A stretch of 64,000 nucleotides of DNA, taken from Paenibacillus hexagrammi. Lineage in GTDB: Bacteria > Bacillota > Bacilli > Paenibacillales > NBRC-103111. Below are positions 1 to 9,413 of the stretch, piece by piece (within the stretch, counting starts at the first letter, position 1; the number at the start of each line of letters is the position of its first letter). The notes beneath the pieces are model-generated. The model ran no database searches. It was not told where the DNA came from and was given only the letters and a program-made list of their open reading frames with translations. The stretch lies in assembly GCF_021513275.1 (NCBI RefSeq), contig NZ_CP090978.1, positions 5,187,247 through 5,251,246 on the forward strand, given 5' to 3'. Both the position numbers and the translations under genes were made by a program.

Positions 1-24
1 ACTAAGGAAAGGAAAACTGTTAGA

Positions 25-3000
25 ATGAGCGCAAAATTGTATGACATCACGCTCCATGCCGTCTTGACGGACAGCGGAGATGCACTGCTTTGGGGCTTGC
101 AGGATGGACGGGAAATGTCCGGTCACACGCTACGGAAGCTTCTTTTCGCCTGGCACGAGCCATCCTGCTACGGAACAAAGCTGGAGCTGCAGCAAGCCGG
201 TGATGTATCCGTAACGATCCTTCCTGCCGAGATGGTGCTCCCCTTCTTCGCAGAGCCTGCATTTATGGATATGCTGAGGTGGAAGCATGAGGATGAGCTC
301 GTTATCAAGCTGCTGGAGGCTGCTCCGCTCTTATACAGAGAAGCCCGCGAAGGACGCTTTATTCCCAGCTACAAAGCTTACCGGTCAGGTCAGTTACAAT
401 GGATCTGGGAAGAAAAGCCGGAAGAATCAGGGCTTGAGTTGGAAATGGGATCAGGTTCGGAATCGGGGGCGATTACTGAGGCTAGTGATGGAATATCCTC
501 TGCCGATGACGGTAATGGCCGCCTCGGATTGGATGTAATTGACGAGGATGCAGAGGACACTCTTGTGGAGCCGGGAAACCATGACACGGATAGCATGGTT
601 AGAGCGAGGATACTAAGCGGCCTAGACGAAGAGGTACCGGGACTTCGAGCCGCGTTCTCCGCCGCTGTATGGGGAATCCACTATGCCGATGAGGCTTCCG
701 TATTGGAGCTGCGCCGCAGCTATCCCGCCTTGTTCAGGGGGCGGGAGCTTGCCGAAGGGGCCGCTGCGAGCGCGGAGAACTACACGGAAGAGGAGTGGCT
801 CGTGCGGCTGGGTTGGAAGCCCGACACGGCTCCCTTCCGCCCTGCGCTGCAGCTGATGGAGCCTGATGAGGAAGCGGATGAATGGCGCCTGCGGCTGGTG
901 CTGCAGGACAAGAACGAAGGCGCCATGCTGGTGCCCATCCGCTTAACGGTTGACGGACAGGCCAAGGGCAAATGGCCTGTCCAGTGGGAACCTTACATCC
1001 GGGAGCGTTCGACCGGATGGGCAGCGCGGTTGTCCGCCTCACTCCCCGGCACGGGAGGCGGCGTGCTGTTTGCCGAGCCGCTGAGCGACGAGGCGGCCTG
1101 GCAGTTCTTGACGGCGGGCAGCCGCGAGCTGCTGGATGACGGCTGGAACGTCATGCTGCCCAGCTGGTGGGAAGCCGCGTCGAAGCGCAAGCCGCGGCTT
1201 CGCGCCAAGGTTGCCGCGGGCGCCGGCGGACGCGGCAAATCGCTGTTCGGGCTGAGCGCTCTCGTCGACTTCGACTGGCGCATCGCCATCGGCGGCGCGG
1301 ATCTCAGCGAAGCCGAATTCGCTGAGCTGCTGAGCCGGAAACAGCGGTTTGTCCGTTTTCGCGGCGAATGGGTGTACCTAGACCCGGCGCTGCTCGAGCA
1401 GATTCGCCGGATCATGTCCAGCGTAAGCCCCGAAGAAGGGCTGTCGCTGCAGGATGTTCTTCAGCTTCATCTTTTGAATGAAGCTGACGGACCGCAATCT
1501 GCGAACGGCAGTGGCGATAAGGATGCCATCAATGAGGAAGAAGCAGCAGCCCGTGTTGAGATGGAGGTCGAGCTGAATAAGCATCTGCTTGCGCTTGTAC
1601 GCCAGCTGGGTCAGCCTTCCGAGCTGACGCTGCTGGATGTCCCCGCCGGATTGCAAGCCGAGCTGCGCAGCTACCAACGCGAAGGCTTCACCTGGCTGAG
1701 CTTCCTTCGCAAGTTCGGACTGGGCGCCTGTCTGGCCGATGACATGGGACTCGGCAAAACGATTCAATTCATTACCTATTTGCTGGAGCATCAGCACGAA
1801 TCGGATTCCCCTGCCCTGCTGATCTGCCCTACGTCTGTTCTGGGCAATTGGCAGAGGGAGCTGGCTAGATTTGCTCCCACTTTGAACGTGATGCTTCATT
1901 ACGGCAAGAGCAGATTGAACGGTGAACAACTGGCCGAGCAATTAGCTCATACGGATGTTGTCATTACCTCTTATACAACAGCTTTGCTGGATCAAGAGCT
2001 GCTGCAAGACATTATCTGGAGCTCCCTCTGTCTGGACGAAGCGCAAAACATCAAAAACGCGCAAAATAAGCAATCCGCCGCCGTTCGTTCTCTCCGAGCC
2101 CGGCATCGAATTGCTTTGACGGGTACGCCGATCGAGAACCGATTGTCCGAGCTTTGGTCGATTTACGATTTTTTGAATCCGGGTTACTTGGGGAATTCAA
2201 GCGGATTTCAACACCGGTTCGCTAATCCCATCGAGAAGCATCATGACGAGGAGCGGACGCTGGAGCTGCAAAAGCTCGTTAAGCCCTTCATGCTGCGCCG
2301 TAAGAAGAAGGACCCCGCTATTCAGTTGGACTTGCCAGATAAGCAGGAGATGAAGGTTTATATGAATCTCACGGCTGAGCAGGCGGCCTATTATGAACAG
2401 GCCGTGAAGGATCTTATGGAGCGCATGCAGCGGCTGGAAGGCATGGAGCGGAAGGGAGCGATCCTGGCTGCTTTAACCCAGTTAAAGCAGTTGTGCGACC
2501 ATCCGGTTCTGCTGACGAAGGAGGCGGAGCTGTCCGAGGAAACGCTGCGCTCCGACGAGCTGCGTGAGGGGTTTATCTCCCGCTCCGCAAAGCTGGAGCG
2601 GCTTGTCGCCATGGTAGGAGAGCTTCGGGACGAAGGCGATTCCTGCCTGATCTTTACGCAGTACGTCGGCATGGGCCGCATGCTGGCGGATGTGCTGCAG
2701 GCGCAGCTCGGAGAGCGCGTGCTGTATTTGAACGGGAGCACGCCGAAGCTTGAGCGCGACCGCATGATTGATACGTTCCAGTCTGAGGGCGGACCGGGGA
2801 TCTTTATTTTGTCCTTGAAGGCCGGCGGTGTGGGCCTCAATCTGACGGCGGCGAATCATGTGTTCCACTACGATCGCTGGTGGAACCCGGCGGTCGAGAA
2901 CCAGGCTACAGACCGGGCCTACCGGATGGGGCAGAAACGGAATGTGCAGGTGCATAAATTCATCTCTCTGGGCACTCTGGAGGAGAAGATCGACGAGATG

Positions 3001-3114
3001 CTCGAGAGTAAGATGAGCCTCAGCGAGAACGTGATTTCCACTTCCGAAGGCTGGGTCACGGAGCTTTCGAACGACGAGCTGCGCGAGTTGTTTGCCTTGC
3101 GGCAGAGTTGGTAG
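25..3114 (+). CDS. SNF2-family DNA-dependent ATPase/helicase with a long acidic N-terminal region
   Basis: Walker A 'DMGLGKT'; 'DEAQNIKN' DEAH-like box; helicase C-terminal motifs ('GGVGLNLTAANHVFHYDRWWNP'). 1029-aa ORF. Confidence 0.85.
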   Translation: MSAKLYDITLHAVLTDSGDALLWGLQDGREMSGHTLRKLLFAWHEPSCYGTKLELQQAGDVSVTILPAEMVLPFFAEPAFMDMLRWKHEDELVIKLLEAAPLLYREAREGRFIPSYKAYRSGQLQWIWEEKPEESGLELEMGSGSESGAITEASDGISSADDGNGRLGLDVIDEDAEDTLVEPGNHDTDSMVRARILSGLDEEVPGLRAAFSAAVWGIHYADEASVLELRRSYPALFRGRELAEGAAASAENYTEEEWLVRLGWKPDTAPFRPALQLMEPDEEADEWRLRLVLQDKNEGAMLVPIRLTVDGQAKGKWPVQWEPYIRERSTGWAARLSASLPGTGGGVLFAEPLSDEAAWQFLTAGSRELLDDGWNVMLPSWWEAASKRKPRLRAKVAAGAGGRGKSLFGLSALVDFDWRIAIGGADLSEAEFAELLSRKQRFVRFRGEWVYLDPALLEQIRRIMSSVSPEEGLSLQDVLQLHLLNEADGPQSANGSGDKDAINEEEAAARVEMEVELNKHLLALVRQLGQPSELTLLDVPAGLQAELRSYQREGFTWLSFLRKFGLGACLADDMGLGKTIQFITYLLEHQHESDSPALLICPTSVLGNWQRELARFAPTLNVMLHYGKSRLNGEQLAEQLAHTDVVITSYTTALLDQELLQDIIWSSLCLDEAQNIKNAQNKQSAAVRSLRARHRIALTGTPIENRLSELWSIYDFLNPGYLGNSSGFQHRFANPIEKHHDEERTLELQKLVKPFMLRRKKKDPAIQLDLPDKQEMKVYMNLTAEQAAYYEQAVKDLMERMQRLEGMERKGAILAALTQLKQLCDHPVLLTKEAELSEETLRSDELREGFISRSAKLERLVAMVGELRDEGDSCLIFTQYVGMGRMLADVLQAQLGERVLYLNGSTPKLERDRMIDTFQSEGGPGIFILSLKAGGVGLNLTAANHVFHYDRWWNPAVENQATDRAYRMGQKRNVQVHKFISLGTLEEKIDEMLESKMSLSENVISTSEGWVTELSNDELRELFALRQSW

Positions 3115-3237
3115 GGATGATCGATGGATATATGAGTAGGGTTAGTAAGCCGTGTTCCGCGAGTGATAATTCATAGCGTCAAGTTATAGGGATGGTAAAC
3201 GTTAGGTTATGGCGGTTCGCATCACAGATGATAAACG

Positions 3238-3287
3238 GAGAGCCTCAGGTGGACTATAAGGTCACCTGAGGCTCCTTTTTTTATTTA
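3238..3287 (+). terminator. Rho-independent terminator after the SNF2 helicase gene
   Basis: Perfect inverted repeat gagcctcaggtgg...ccacctgaggctc followed by a T8 run. Confidence 0.7.
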
Positions 3288-3456
3288 TAGAGAAGTTTCC
3301 TAGTCGTCTGTCAACCGTGAGAGCATGTCGAGCATGTTGGATTAGAATAACCCTTCCCTTTGTGAATCTAGCTTCACAGCAACTAAGAAGAAGTTCTTCA
3401 AAGTGAATTGCTCCAGGAGTTCTATGAGTTTCATGAAATTCTCCTTCTCATCTCGG

Positions 3457-4293
3457 CTATTCCTTTTCCAAGCCTTCCGTTAACCAAAGCACATGAGATT
3501 GCGGCTGCGTACTCCCTCTCTCCCATACCAGCTGGAGCGTCTCAAAGCGGCGAATTTCCGGGCACTCGTTTAAGTCTCCAAAATATCGCTTTATGGCAAG
3601 GATTTGGGAGTTGTGAGCGCGTAAGGCGGCAGCTTTGATATTCCACATCGGCCTTGTGTCCAGTTGCGGCCCGATGGGCTGTGCATGTTGACCTGCTGCT
3701 GCGGGTGTGGCAGCTGACGCTGCTTCAGGTGCAGCGGCAGATGCGACGGCAGACGCGGCTTCAGGTACCGCCGCAGGTGCGGGTGCAGCGGTTGGAGTAG
3801 CAGAGGCTGCTATGTAATACAGCCTCTGCACATAAGGGCACCGTCCCGATGTGACGGCCATGGTCGTCAATTTGGATATTGCCATATGATCCCGGTGACC
3901 GTTGCCTCCGTTTTCCGGAAAGGTCACTACGACGGGACATTTATGCAGATTAAGAAAATCTGCAATCCGTTCCACACATTCCGGCTCATTCACGGTATCG
4001 AGCAGACCATCGGGATAGCCCAGGTGCGTAATGGAATGCAAGCCGAGAATCGCGGCGGCCTCTTCCATTTCCCGTACCCGTACTGCAGCCAGTTCTTCCC
4101 TGCTTGCATGAAGGTAGGAGCCGTTCTTATTGCCAGCGTCGCCTTTGGTTGCCAGCAGCAGTAAAGGGTGATTGCCTTCATCGGCTAATTTGCGTATAAA
4201 GGCTGAGCACAAAAATGTCTCATCGTCAGGATGAGCAAAAATAAAAGCTACGGGGTTTGCCATTTTTGTATCCTCCGGGGGAGCCGAATTCAT
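3457..4293 (-). CDS. PIG-L/LmbE-family N-acetylglucosaminyl deacetylase (BshB-like) with an internal Ala/Pro-rich low-complexity insert
   Basis: 'VAFIFAHPDDETF' LmbE signature. Start trimmed to an internal Met (MNSAPPED) to avoid overlap with the downstream CYTH gene; the ORF track gives 3457..4353. The ~40-aa A/P/E-rich segment is encoded by repetitive GC-rich DNA at about 3690-3830. Confidence 0.7.
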   Translation of the reverse strand: MNSAPPEDTKMANPVAFIFAHPDDETFLCSAFIRKLADEGNHPLLLLATKGDAGNKNGSYLHASREELAAVRVREMEEAAAILGLHSITHLGYPDGLLDTVNEPECVERIADFLNLHKCPVVVTFPENGGNGHRDHMAISKLTTMAVTSGRCPYVQRLYYIAASATPTAAPAPAAVPEAASAVASAAAPEAASAATPAAAGQHAQPIGPQLDTRPMWNIKAAALRAHNSQILAIKRYFGDLNECPEIRRFETLQLVWERGSTQPQSHVLWLTEGLEKE

Positions 4294-4298
4294 ATCCG

Positions 4299-4793
4299 CT
4301 AGTTTGATTTCAAATGCCTGTTTGCAACGCTCGGATGTTGAAGTCCAACCCATAGCTGTTTATTTCGATACTCTTCTTCCTTGCCAAGCTCTTTCCCGAA
4401 CCAATTAGGGGCAACAAAGGCTTCAGCATCTTCTACACTTGGAAATTCAACTTCCACGACTCTAAGGTCCAAATGCGGATATTCGTCAATCTGGTACTCC
4501 CTGCCCTGGTGCTGTACGGTTGTACGTATTTTTTCAAGAGGAACTAAGTCCGTATTTGATAAAAGCTGATGATAGATATTCATCGAAATCTCATATTCAA
4601 TTTCCTGCCTTACGAGTCCTTGTCCTGTTTTATACGTATGTGTGCAGCTTGTATGCCCCTGCAGGTTCACGGATTTTCTTACTCGAATTTCCTGATCCTC
4701 CGTAAAGGCCAGGTAAGTTTGAAACAAATGCTCTTTGTCAGTCAGCATAATTTCGCCGGATTCAAGCTGTTGAGATGGAAATGCGGTTAACAA
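4299..4793 (-). CDS. CYTH-domain protein (YjbK-like triphosphate tunnel metalloenzyme)
   Basis: N-terminal 'GEIMLTDKEH' region (the EIE.K-type CYTH start). Size 164 aa; acidic 'EIEYEI' and 'RVVEVEF' strands typical of the CYTH tunnel. Confidence 0.5.
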   Translation of the reverse strand: MLTAFPSQQLESGEIMLTDKEHLFQTYLAFTEDQEIRVRKSVNLQGHTSCTHTYKTGQGLVRQEIEYEISMNIYHQLLSNTDLVPLEKIRTTVQHQGREYQIDEYPHLDLRVVEVEFPSVEDAEAFVAPNWFGKELGKEEEYRNKQLWVGLQHPSVANRHLKSN

Positions 4794-5077
4794 ATATTTT
4801 TTTCAATTTCAATGTTATTCATGGAGACATCCCTTCTTAGAGTTATTCGGTATATATGTTGACAGCAAAATTCATTTTGGCGTTAGCTTGCATGTTTCAT
4901 CATACCTAAAAATACAGCCTTAGGATACCTGACCGAAGAAATTTTCAATCATTCTTTTGCGGATGGCTGATATTGTACCATTTCTTGTTATAAAAGTCGG
5001 TCACACCGCACTGAAGTCAAGCGATACGGTGACTATCTCATTTGGGATATATACAAATCAATTGAAAATGCTACTAT

Positions 5078-5962
5078 TCATTGTGACATTTGATAGTTAT
5101 GTAAATTTTCTTTCGTATGTGAAAGCAGCGAAAAATCGCCCCAACTTTTATGGCCAGGAATAACAATTTGGGCGTCCGGGTATTTATTTATCAGATTTTG
5201 AATGGTAAACGGCCAAGCATCCATGGTGGCTTCATCAATAATCCCAACGTTTTGCTGTTCTAAAGAAAAAATCATATCCCCAAACAATATCTTATATTGA
5301 GGAAACCAAATCGTAATATTGTCCTTCGTATGTGCTTCTCCGGGGTAATAGGCTTCGATGATCGTTTTGCCATACTTCATTAACGGATGATCGTCCAGAG
5401 CAGGATCAGGTACAGGGTACCCTGCCTCTTTAGCCATATGTGCAATCAATGCTGTACTTTCAACGGGGATTTTATGTTTCAATAACGTGCCTATACCACC
5501 GATTCGATCGATTTTATGGTGGGTGATAATCGCTTTTTTTACTCGTTTATGAAAATGATCATGTATTAATGTTAGCAGTTCTTCTGCCAGTTGATCATTC
5601 CATGTCGCATCAATAAGAATAAGCCCTTGCGAAGTATTGACAAGAAGTCCATTTGCTGGAACTTCATTCCCGTTTATGTTCATGGTGGTCGTATGAACCC
5701 AGAGTTCATCGTTTAGTTTTGTTAGTGTGACCGATCCATCAGAGTTGGAAATTTTGGATTCACTCGTTCCCTTGTCGCTATTTACTTGTACTACTGTCGA
5801 ATGGGATGCCTGTGCTCTGTTAAAAATCCCAATACTTATAAGAGCACTTATCATGAATCCTGCACTTAAAAAACGAATTATTGCTCCGAGCGTCATTCCC
5901 TGTAACGGTTTCATCATCATTCTCCTCCATTTCGATGTTGTGAAACATTTTTTTAGCCTCAC
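5078..5962 (-). CDS. Subclass-B1-like metallo-beta-lactamase fold protein (BcII homolog) with a signal peptide/TM and non-canonical metal ligands
   Basis: Strong colinear similarity to Bacillus cereus BcII ('LLVNTSQGLILIDATW', 'YYPGEAHTKDNITIWFPQYKILFG', 'VIPGHKSWGD'). The HxHxD motif reads 'THHKID', and the Cys221-equivalent region reads 'FGDMIF' with no Cys. The true start is probably the internal MMMKPLQG. Confidence 0.7.
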   Translation of the reverse strand: MRLKKCFTTSKWRRMMMKPLQGMTLGAIIRFLSAGFMISALISIGIFNRAQASHSTVVQVNSDKGTSESKISNSDGSVTLTKLNDELWVHTTTMNINGNEVPANGLLVNTSQGLILIDATWNDQLAEELLTLIHDHFHKRVKKAIITHHKIDRIGGIGTLLKHKIPVESTALIAHMAKEAGYPVPDPALDDHPLMKYGKTIIEAYYPGEAHTKDNITIWFPQYKILFGDMIFSLEQQNVGIIDEATMDAWPFTIQNLINKYPDAQIVIPGHKSWGDFSLLSHTKENLHNYQMSQ

Positions 5963-6127
5963 TATGAAATTGACGGAAATATTTGGGTTTTCGTTCTATG
6001 ACATGGGGAATAACGTTCGGTAAAATTTCCAATAAACGGTAACCTCCACTCACCTCAAAACTTGTAAATTTTTATATACTGAAAAAAGCCCGCCCAGGTC
6101 AAACACGACCCAAGCAGGCTGCTTCCT

Positions 6128-6822
6128 CTATTTAAGTTGCAAGTCCAAAAGTCCATATTTCCGCTTATACCGCTCCATAATTCTCATCCAAGCCGGTCCT
6201 AAGAGTGACAAGAAGAACACGTTGCTAAGCGCATGTGCGAGGTCGAAATAAAAGCTGGAAGCATAGGCTGCCAGGAACGAGGCCCATGTGAGGTTTTGCC
6301 CCATGCTGGCCAAAAACCAAATATTCATGATCCATCCGAATACAAATCCCCAGACAAACCCGAAGATGGCTAGTGTGATGCGGCCCCTCAGCCAGCCCCA
6401 ACGGTACAATTGTCCGGCCGTCCAGCCGATCATGCCCCAGCCGAACATTTGCCACGGAGTCCACGGACCTTGACCAAGGAACATGTTCGAGACCAAGGCA
6501 GCGACTGCGCCGACCATAAATCCGGTTTCGGGCCAAAGACGACCGCGCATACGATGATAACAAAGGAGGTCGGCTGCACACTTGGCAATGCGGCAAAGGG
6601 AACGCGTCCTACCGCGGCTATAGCGGCCATCACTGCGATCAGCACGATTTCGCGAGCTTGCAGGGAGCGCTGCTCGAAGCGAAGAAAGAAGGGCACGATG
6701 GAAGCGCAGACCAAGAACAACGATAGTAGTAAATATTGCTCGTCATTCATCCAGGTCATGAACGCTAGCCCGCCTAAGAATAAGAGAAGTACGATGAGGA
6801 AAGAAACTCGTGTTCGAGCCAT
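6128..6822 (-). pseudogene. ECF transporter S (substrate-specific) component, split into two overlapping ORFs by a frameshift near 6540
   Basis: ORFs 6430..6822 and 6128..6550 are both polytopic membrane proteins. They join as ...VVFGP|ETGFMVGA... after a 1-nt insertion in a short C/G run. The locus sits immediately downstream of the ECF A and T genes. Confidence 0.6.
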
Positions 6823-6823
6823 G

Positions 6824-8554
6824 TTAGTTCCACCTCATTAGCTGGTTCATTGCCGTCGTATAGTACAAATTATCGCTAAAAAATAGCTTCGGGTCCTGCG
6901 CTGCCGTCAGCGTGCCATCGAACATCATGGTGCACCTTGTCGCATACTCGGCGGCAAATTCTATATCATGCGTGACCATGACAATTGTTTTGCCGATCCG
7001 CTTTAGCTCACGGAGCCTCTCCCCCCACTGCCGCTTGGCCGCGGGGTCCAGCCCCTTGGTCGGTTCATCCAGCAGCAGCAGGCTGGCTCCGGCAAGCAGA
7101 ATTCCCGCCAATGCGGCAAGCTGTCTCTCACCTTCGCTGAGATCATAGGGATGCTGCTTCAGCAGATGGAGAAGACCGAAGGTCTCCGCAGTTTGTTCCA
7201 AAGTCAGGCTCCCTTGCGAGCCCGCCCTTGCCATTGCTAGACTAAGCTCCTGCTCCACGGTCTCTTCGAGAAAATAGGTCAAAGGATTCTGATGGAGAAA
7301 TCCGACCCGCGCAGCCCGTTCATGGGCCTTCATTTTGCCAAGGTGATTGCCTTCCAATAGCACTTTTCCCTTTTGCGGCTTCATGATTCCCGCCAGGACC
7401 TTGAGAAGGGTGGTTTTGCCGGAACCATTCGCTCCGAGAATAGCTAAGCATTCCCCAGCAGCCACGCTCAGGGAAGCATTCTTCAGAACCGGCGCGATAT
7501 CCTGAGGCGTGTACTGCAGGTACACTTCGCGGCATTCCAAGAGGATAGGCTGGCGGTCGTTGCTGCTCGGTTTACTTGTCGAATCTCCTAGTCGGAACCT
7601 ATTTAATAGACTCATTGAGCTTCGCTCAGTTGTTTGTGGTGATTGAGCAGTCTGGCTTGTCTGGGTGGTCTGGGTGGTCTGGGTGGTCCGAGCAGACTGT
7701 GCGGACTGTGTAGCCTGATATCGCAAGGCTGCAAGCCATGCATGCTTACGACCTTCCTTGACGGTCAAGGGGACTTCCCTACTCACACCCGCTTGCAGAA
7801 ACAACCTTGGTATCGGCGGGACAAAATCTCTAGAATGTCCCACTTCGTTCGACCATAGCGCCTCGGTCACTTCGCGCGGTGTCCCTGAATGCTTCACTGA
7901 GCCGTCTTCCATAAACACCACCCGATCCACGATCGGCAGCAGCTCGTCAAAACGATGCTCAGCGATGATGATGGTGAGTCCAAGGTCTTGATTGATTCGA
8001 TGCAGCAATTGAATCAGTTCTCTGGCTGCGAGAGGATCGAGCTGAGCCGTAGGTTCGTCAAGCAGCAGCAGACGCGGCTGCAGAGCAAGGACAGATGCCA
8101 GCTGCACGAGCTGTTTTTGCCCGCCTGAGAGTTCAAATACTGGCTTGCTCAGCCAAGCATCCAGTCCAAAATAGTGGGACAACTCCGCCACTCTTCGTCT
8201 CATCAGCTCAGATTCAAAGCCGACGTTCTCCATTGTAAAAACAAGCTCGGACAGCACTCGGTCCGTTACCGTCTGATTCTCCGGGCTTTGCTGCACCATG
8301 CCGATGTGTCTAGCCATGAAGCTGTCATCATATGCGGAAAGCGGTTTACCTTCAAAAAGCACTTCCCCGCTACTTGTGCCGACGGGCGAAAGCTCTCTTT
8401 TGATATGCCGTAAAAGCGTTGTCTTGCCGCAGCCGGATGTCCCGCACAAGAGCACAAATTCGCCGGGCTGAACGGTGAGGTTGATTTGATCAAGAATGGT
8501 ACGTTCACTTGCCGGGTAACAGAAGCTTAGTTCTTGAATGTCCAAGATCGCCAT
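6824..8554 (-). CDS. ecfA: ECF transporter ATPase, fused tandem ABC domains (EcfA-EcfA') with a TTQ-repeat linker
   Basis: Two Walker A sites ('GANGSGKTTLLK', 'GTSGCGKTTLLR'), two 'LSGGQ/LSEGE' signatures and two Walker B 'LLLDEPT' sites. Linker 'TTQTTQTTQTSQTAQSPQTT'. Start set at the internal MAILDIQEL to limit overlap with ecfT. Confidence 0.85.
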   Translation of the reverse strand: MAILDIQELSFCYPASERTILDQINLTVQPGEFVLLCGTSGCGKTTLLRHIKRELSPVGTSSGEVLFEGKPLSAYDDSFMARHIGMVQQSPENQTVTDRVLSELVFTMENVGFESELMRRRVAELSHYFGLDAWLSKPVFELSGGQKQLVQLASVLALQPRLLLLDEPTAQLDPLAARELIQLLHRINQDLGLTIIIAEHRFDELLPIVDRVVFMEDGSVKHSGTPREVTEALWSNEVGHSRDFVPPIPRLFLQAGVSREVPLTVKEGRKHAWLAALRYQATQSAQSARTTQTTQTTQTSQTAQSPQTTERSSMSLLNRFRLGDSTSKPSSNDRQPILLECREVYLQYTPQDIAPVLKNASLSVAAGECLAILGANGSGKTTLLKVLAGIMKPQKGKVLLEGNHLGKMKAHERAARVGFLHQNPLTYFLEETVEQELSLAMARAGSQGSLTLEQTAETFGLLHLLKQHPYDLSEGERQLAALAGILLAGASLLLLDEPTKGLDPAAKRQWGERLRELKRIGKTIVMVTHDIEFAAEYATRCTMMFDGTLTAAQDPKLFFSDNLYYTTAMNQLMRWN

Positions 8555-8573
8555 GTCCACACCTCCTTTGCCT

Positions 8574-9413
8574 CTACGATGACCGGCACTGCAGCAAATA
8601 GCGTAAAGCACCCGTATGCCAGCAGTTCCACTCCTGTATGGATACTTCTCCAAGTGACGGGAAGATCTTGTACTCGCCGTAACCTAACATATGAAACACG
8701 ATACTGCTTATAAATAAAACGGAAAGCAGCCCCAGCAGACGAATGTCCCGGGGCATCAGCGCATACGCCTCATACCGGCTGCGCGTTCCCGAGCCATAGC
8801 CTTTTGCTTTCATAGCATCCGCCGTTTGCAGCGCTTCCTCCAGGCTGAGTGTCAGCAGGATTTGCAGCAGCTTCATGCCGTCGGTCATCCGTTTGCGTAA
8901 GCTGCCGTGCGCGATATTAATTCCTTTCATTCGTTGGACCGAAGCGATGTCGGTTAGTCTGCGCTTTAATAGCGGTACAAATCGCATGGACATGACGACG
9001 AGCAGCCCTATTTTCGGAAAATAGGAACCAAAGATATACAAAAACCTCGAAGGCGGCAGCACCGCGTTGAAGGAAATGAACAGCACCAGGATGTTGAGCA
9101 GGTTGACCGTGGAATATCCTCCATATGCAAGGGACTCAAGCGTCACCGGCTGATCCCAAAAATAAAACAAGATATGCCGCCCCCGATGAGAAAACAGCGG
9201 ATTGAGAAGAGCGTACAGCAAACTGATAGGAAGATAGAACTTCAGCATGCTGAGCAGCGCCCTGCTCTCGCGGTTTAACATCGTAAGCAGCACACCGGTC
9301 ATCAGGAGAGTCAGTAGATAGACAGGATGCGTAACGAGCATTCCGAGCAGCATAGCGCCGATGTAGTAGAAAAAGCATACGAACGGATGAAAGGAGCGAA
9401 AGCCGCTTTTCAT
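8574..9413 (-). CDS. ecfT: ECF transporter transmembrane T component (EcfT/CbiQ family)
   Basis: Polytopic membrane protein with CbiQ-like features ('RFVPLL', 'SLEEALQTADAMKAKGY'). Start chosen at MKSGFRSF, adjacent to the upstream stop. Confidence 0.8.
   Translation of the reverse strand: MKSGFRSFHPFVCFFYYIGAMLLGMLVTHPVYLLTLLMTGVLLTMLNRESRALLSMLKFYLPISLLYALLNPLFSHRGRHILFYFWDQPVTLESLAYGGYSTVNLLNILVLFISFNAVLPPSRFLYIFGSYFPKIGLLVVMSMRFVPLLKRRLTDIASVQRMKGINIAHGSLRKRMTDGMKLLQILLTLSLEEALQTADAMKAKGYGSGTRSRYEAYALMPRDIRLLGLLSVLFISSIVFHMLGYGEYKIFPSLGEVSIQEWNCWHTGALRYLLQCRSS

Noticed and set aside
287-1415. Multiple 60-140-aa ORFs on both strands inside the SNF2 helicase gene
   Set aside because: All are nested within, or antisense to, a 1029-aa ORF with strong helicase motifs. 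They are high-GC chance ORFs.
6080-6125. Putative bidirectional terminator between the metallo-beta-lactamase-like and ECF S genes
   Set aside because: The stem is imperfect (gcccgcccaggtc vs gacccaagcaggc) and I could not establish a convincing hairpin by eye.
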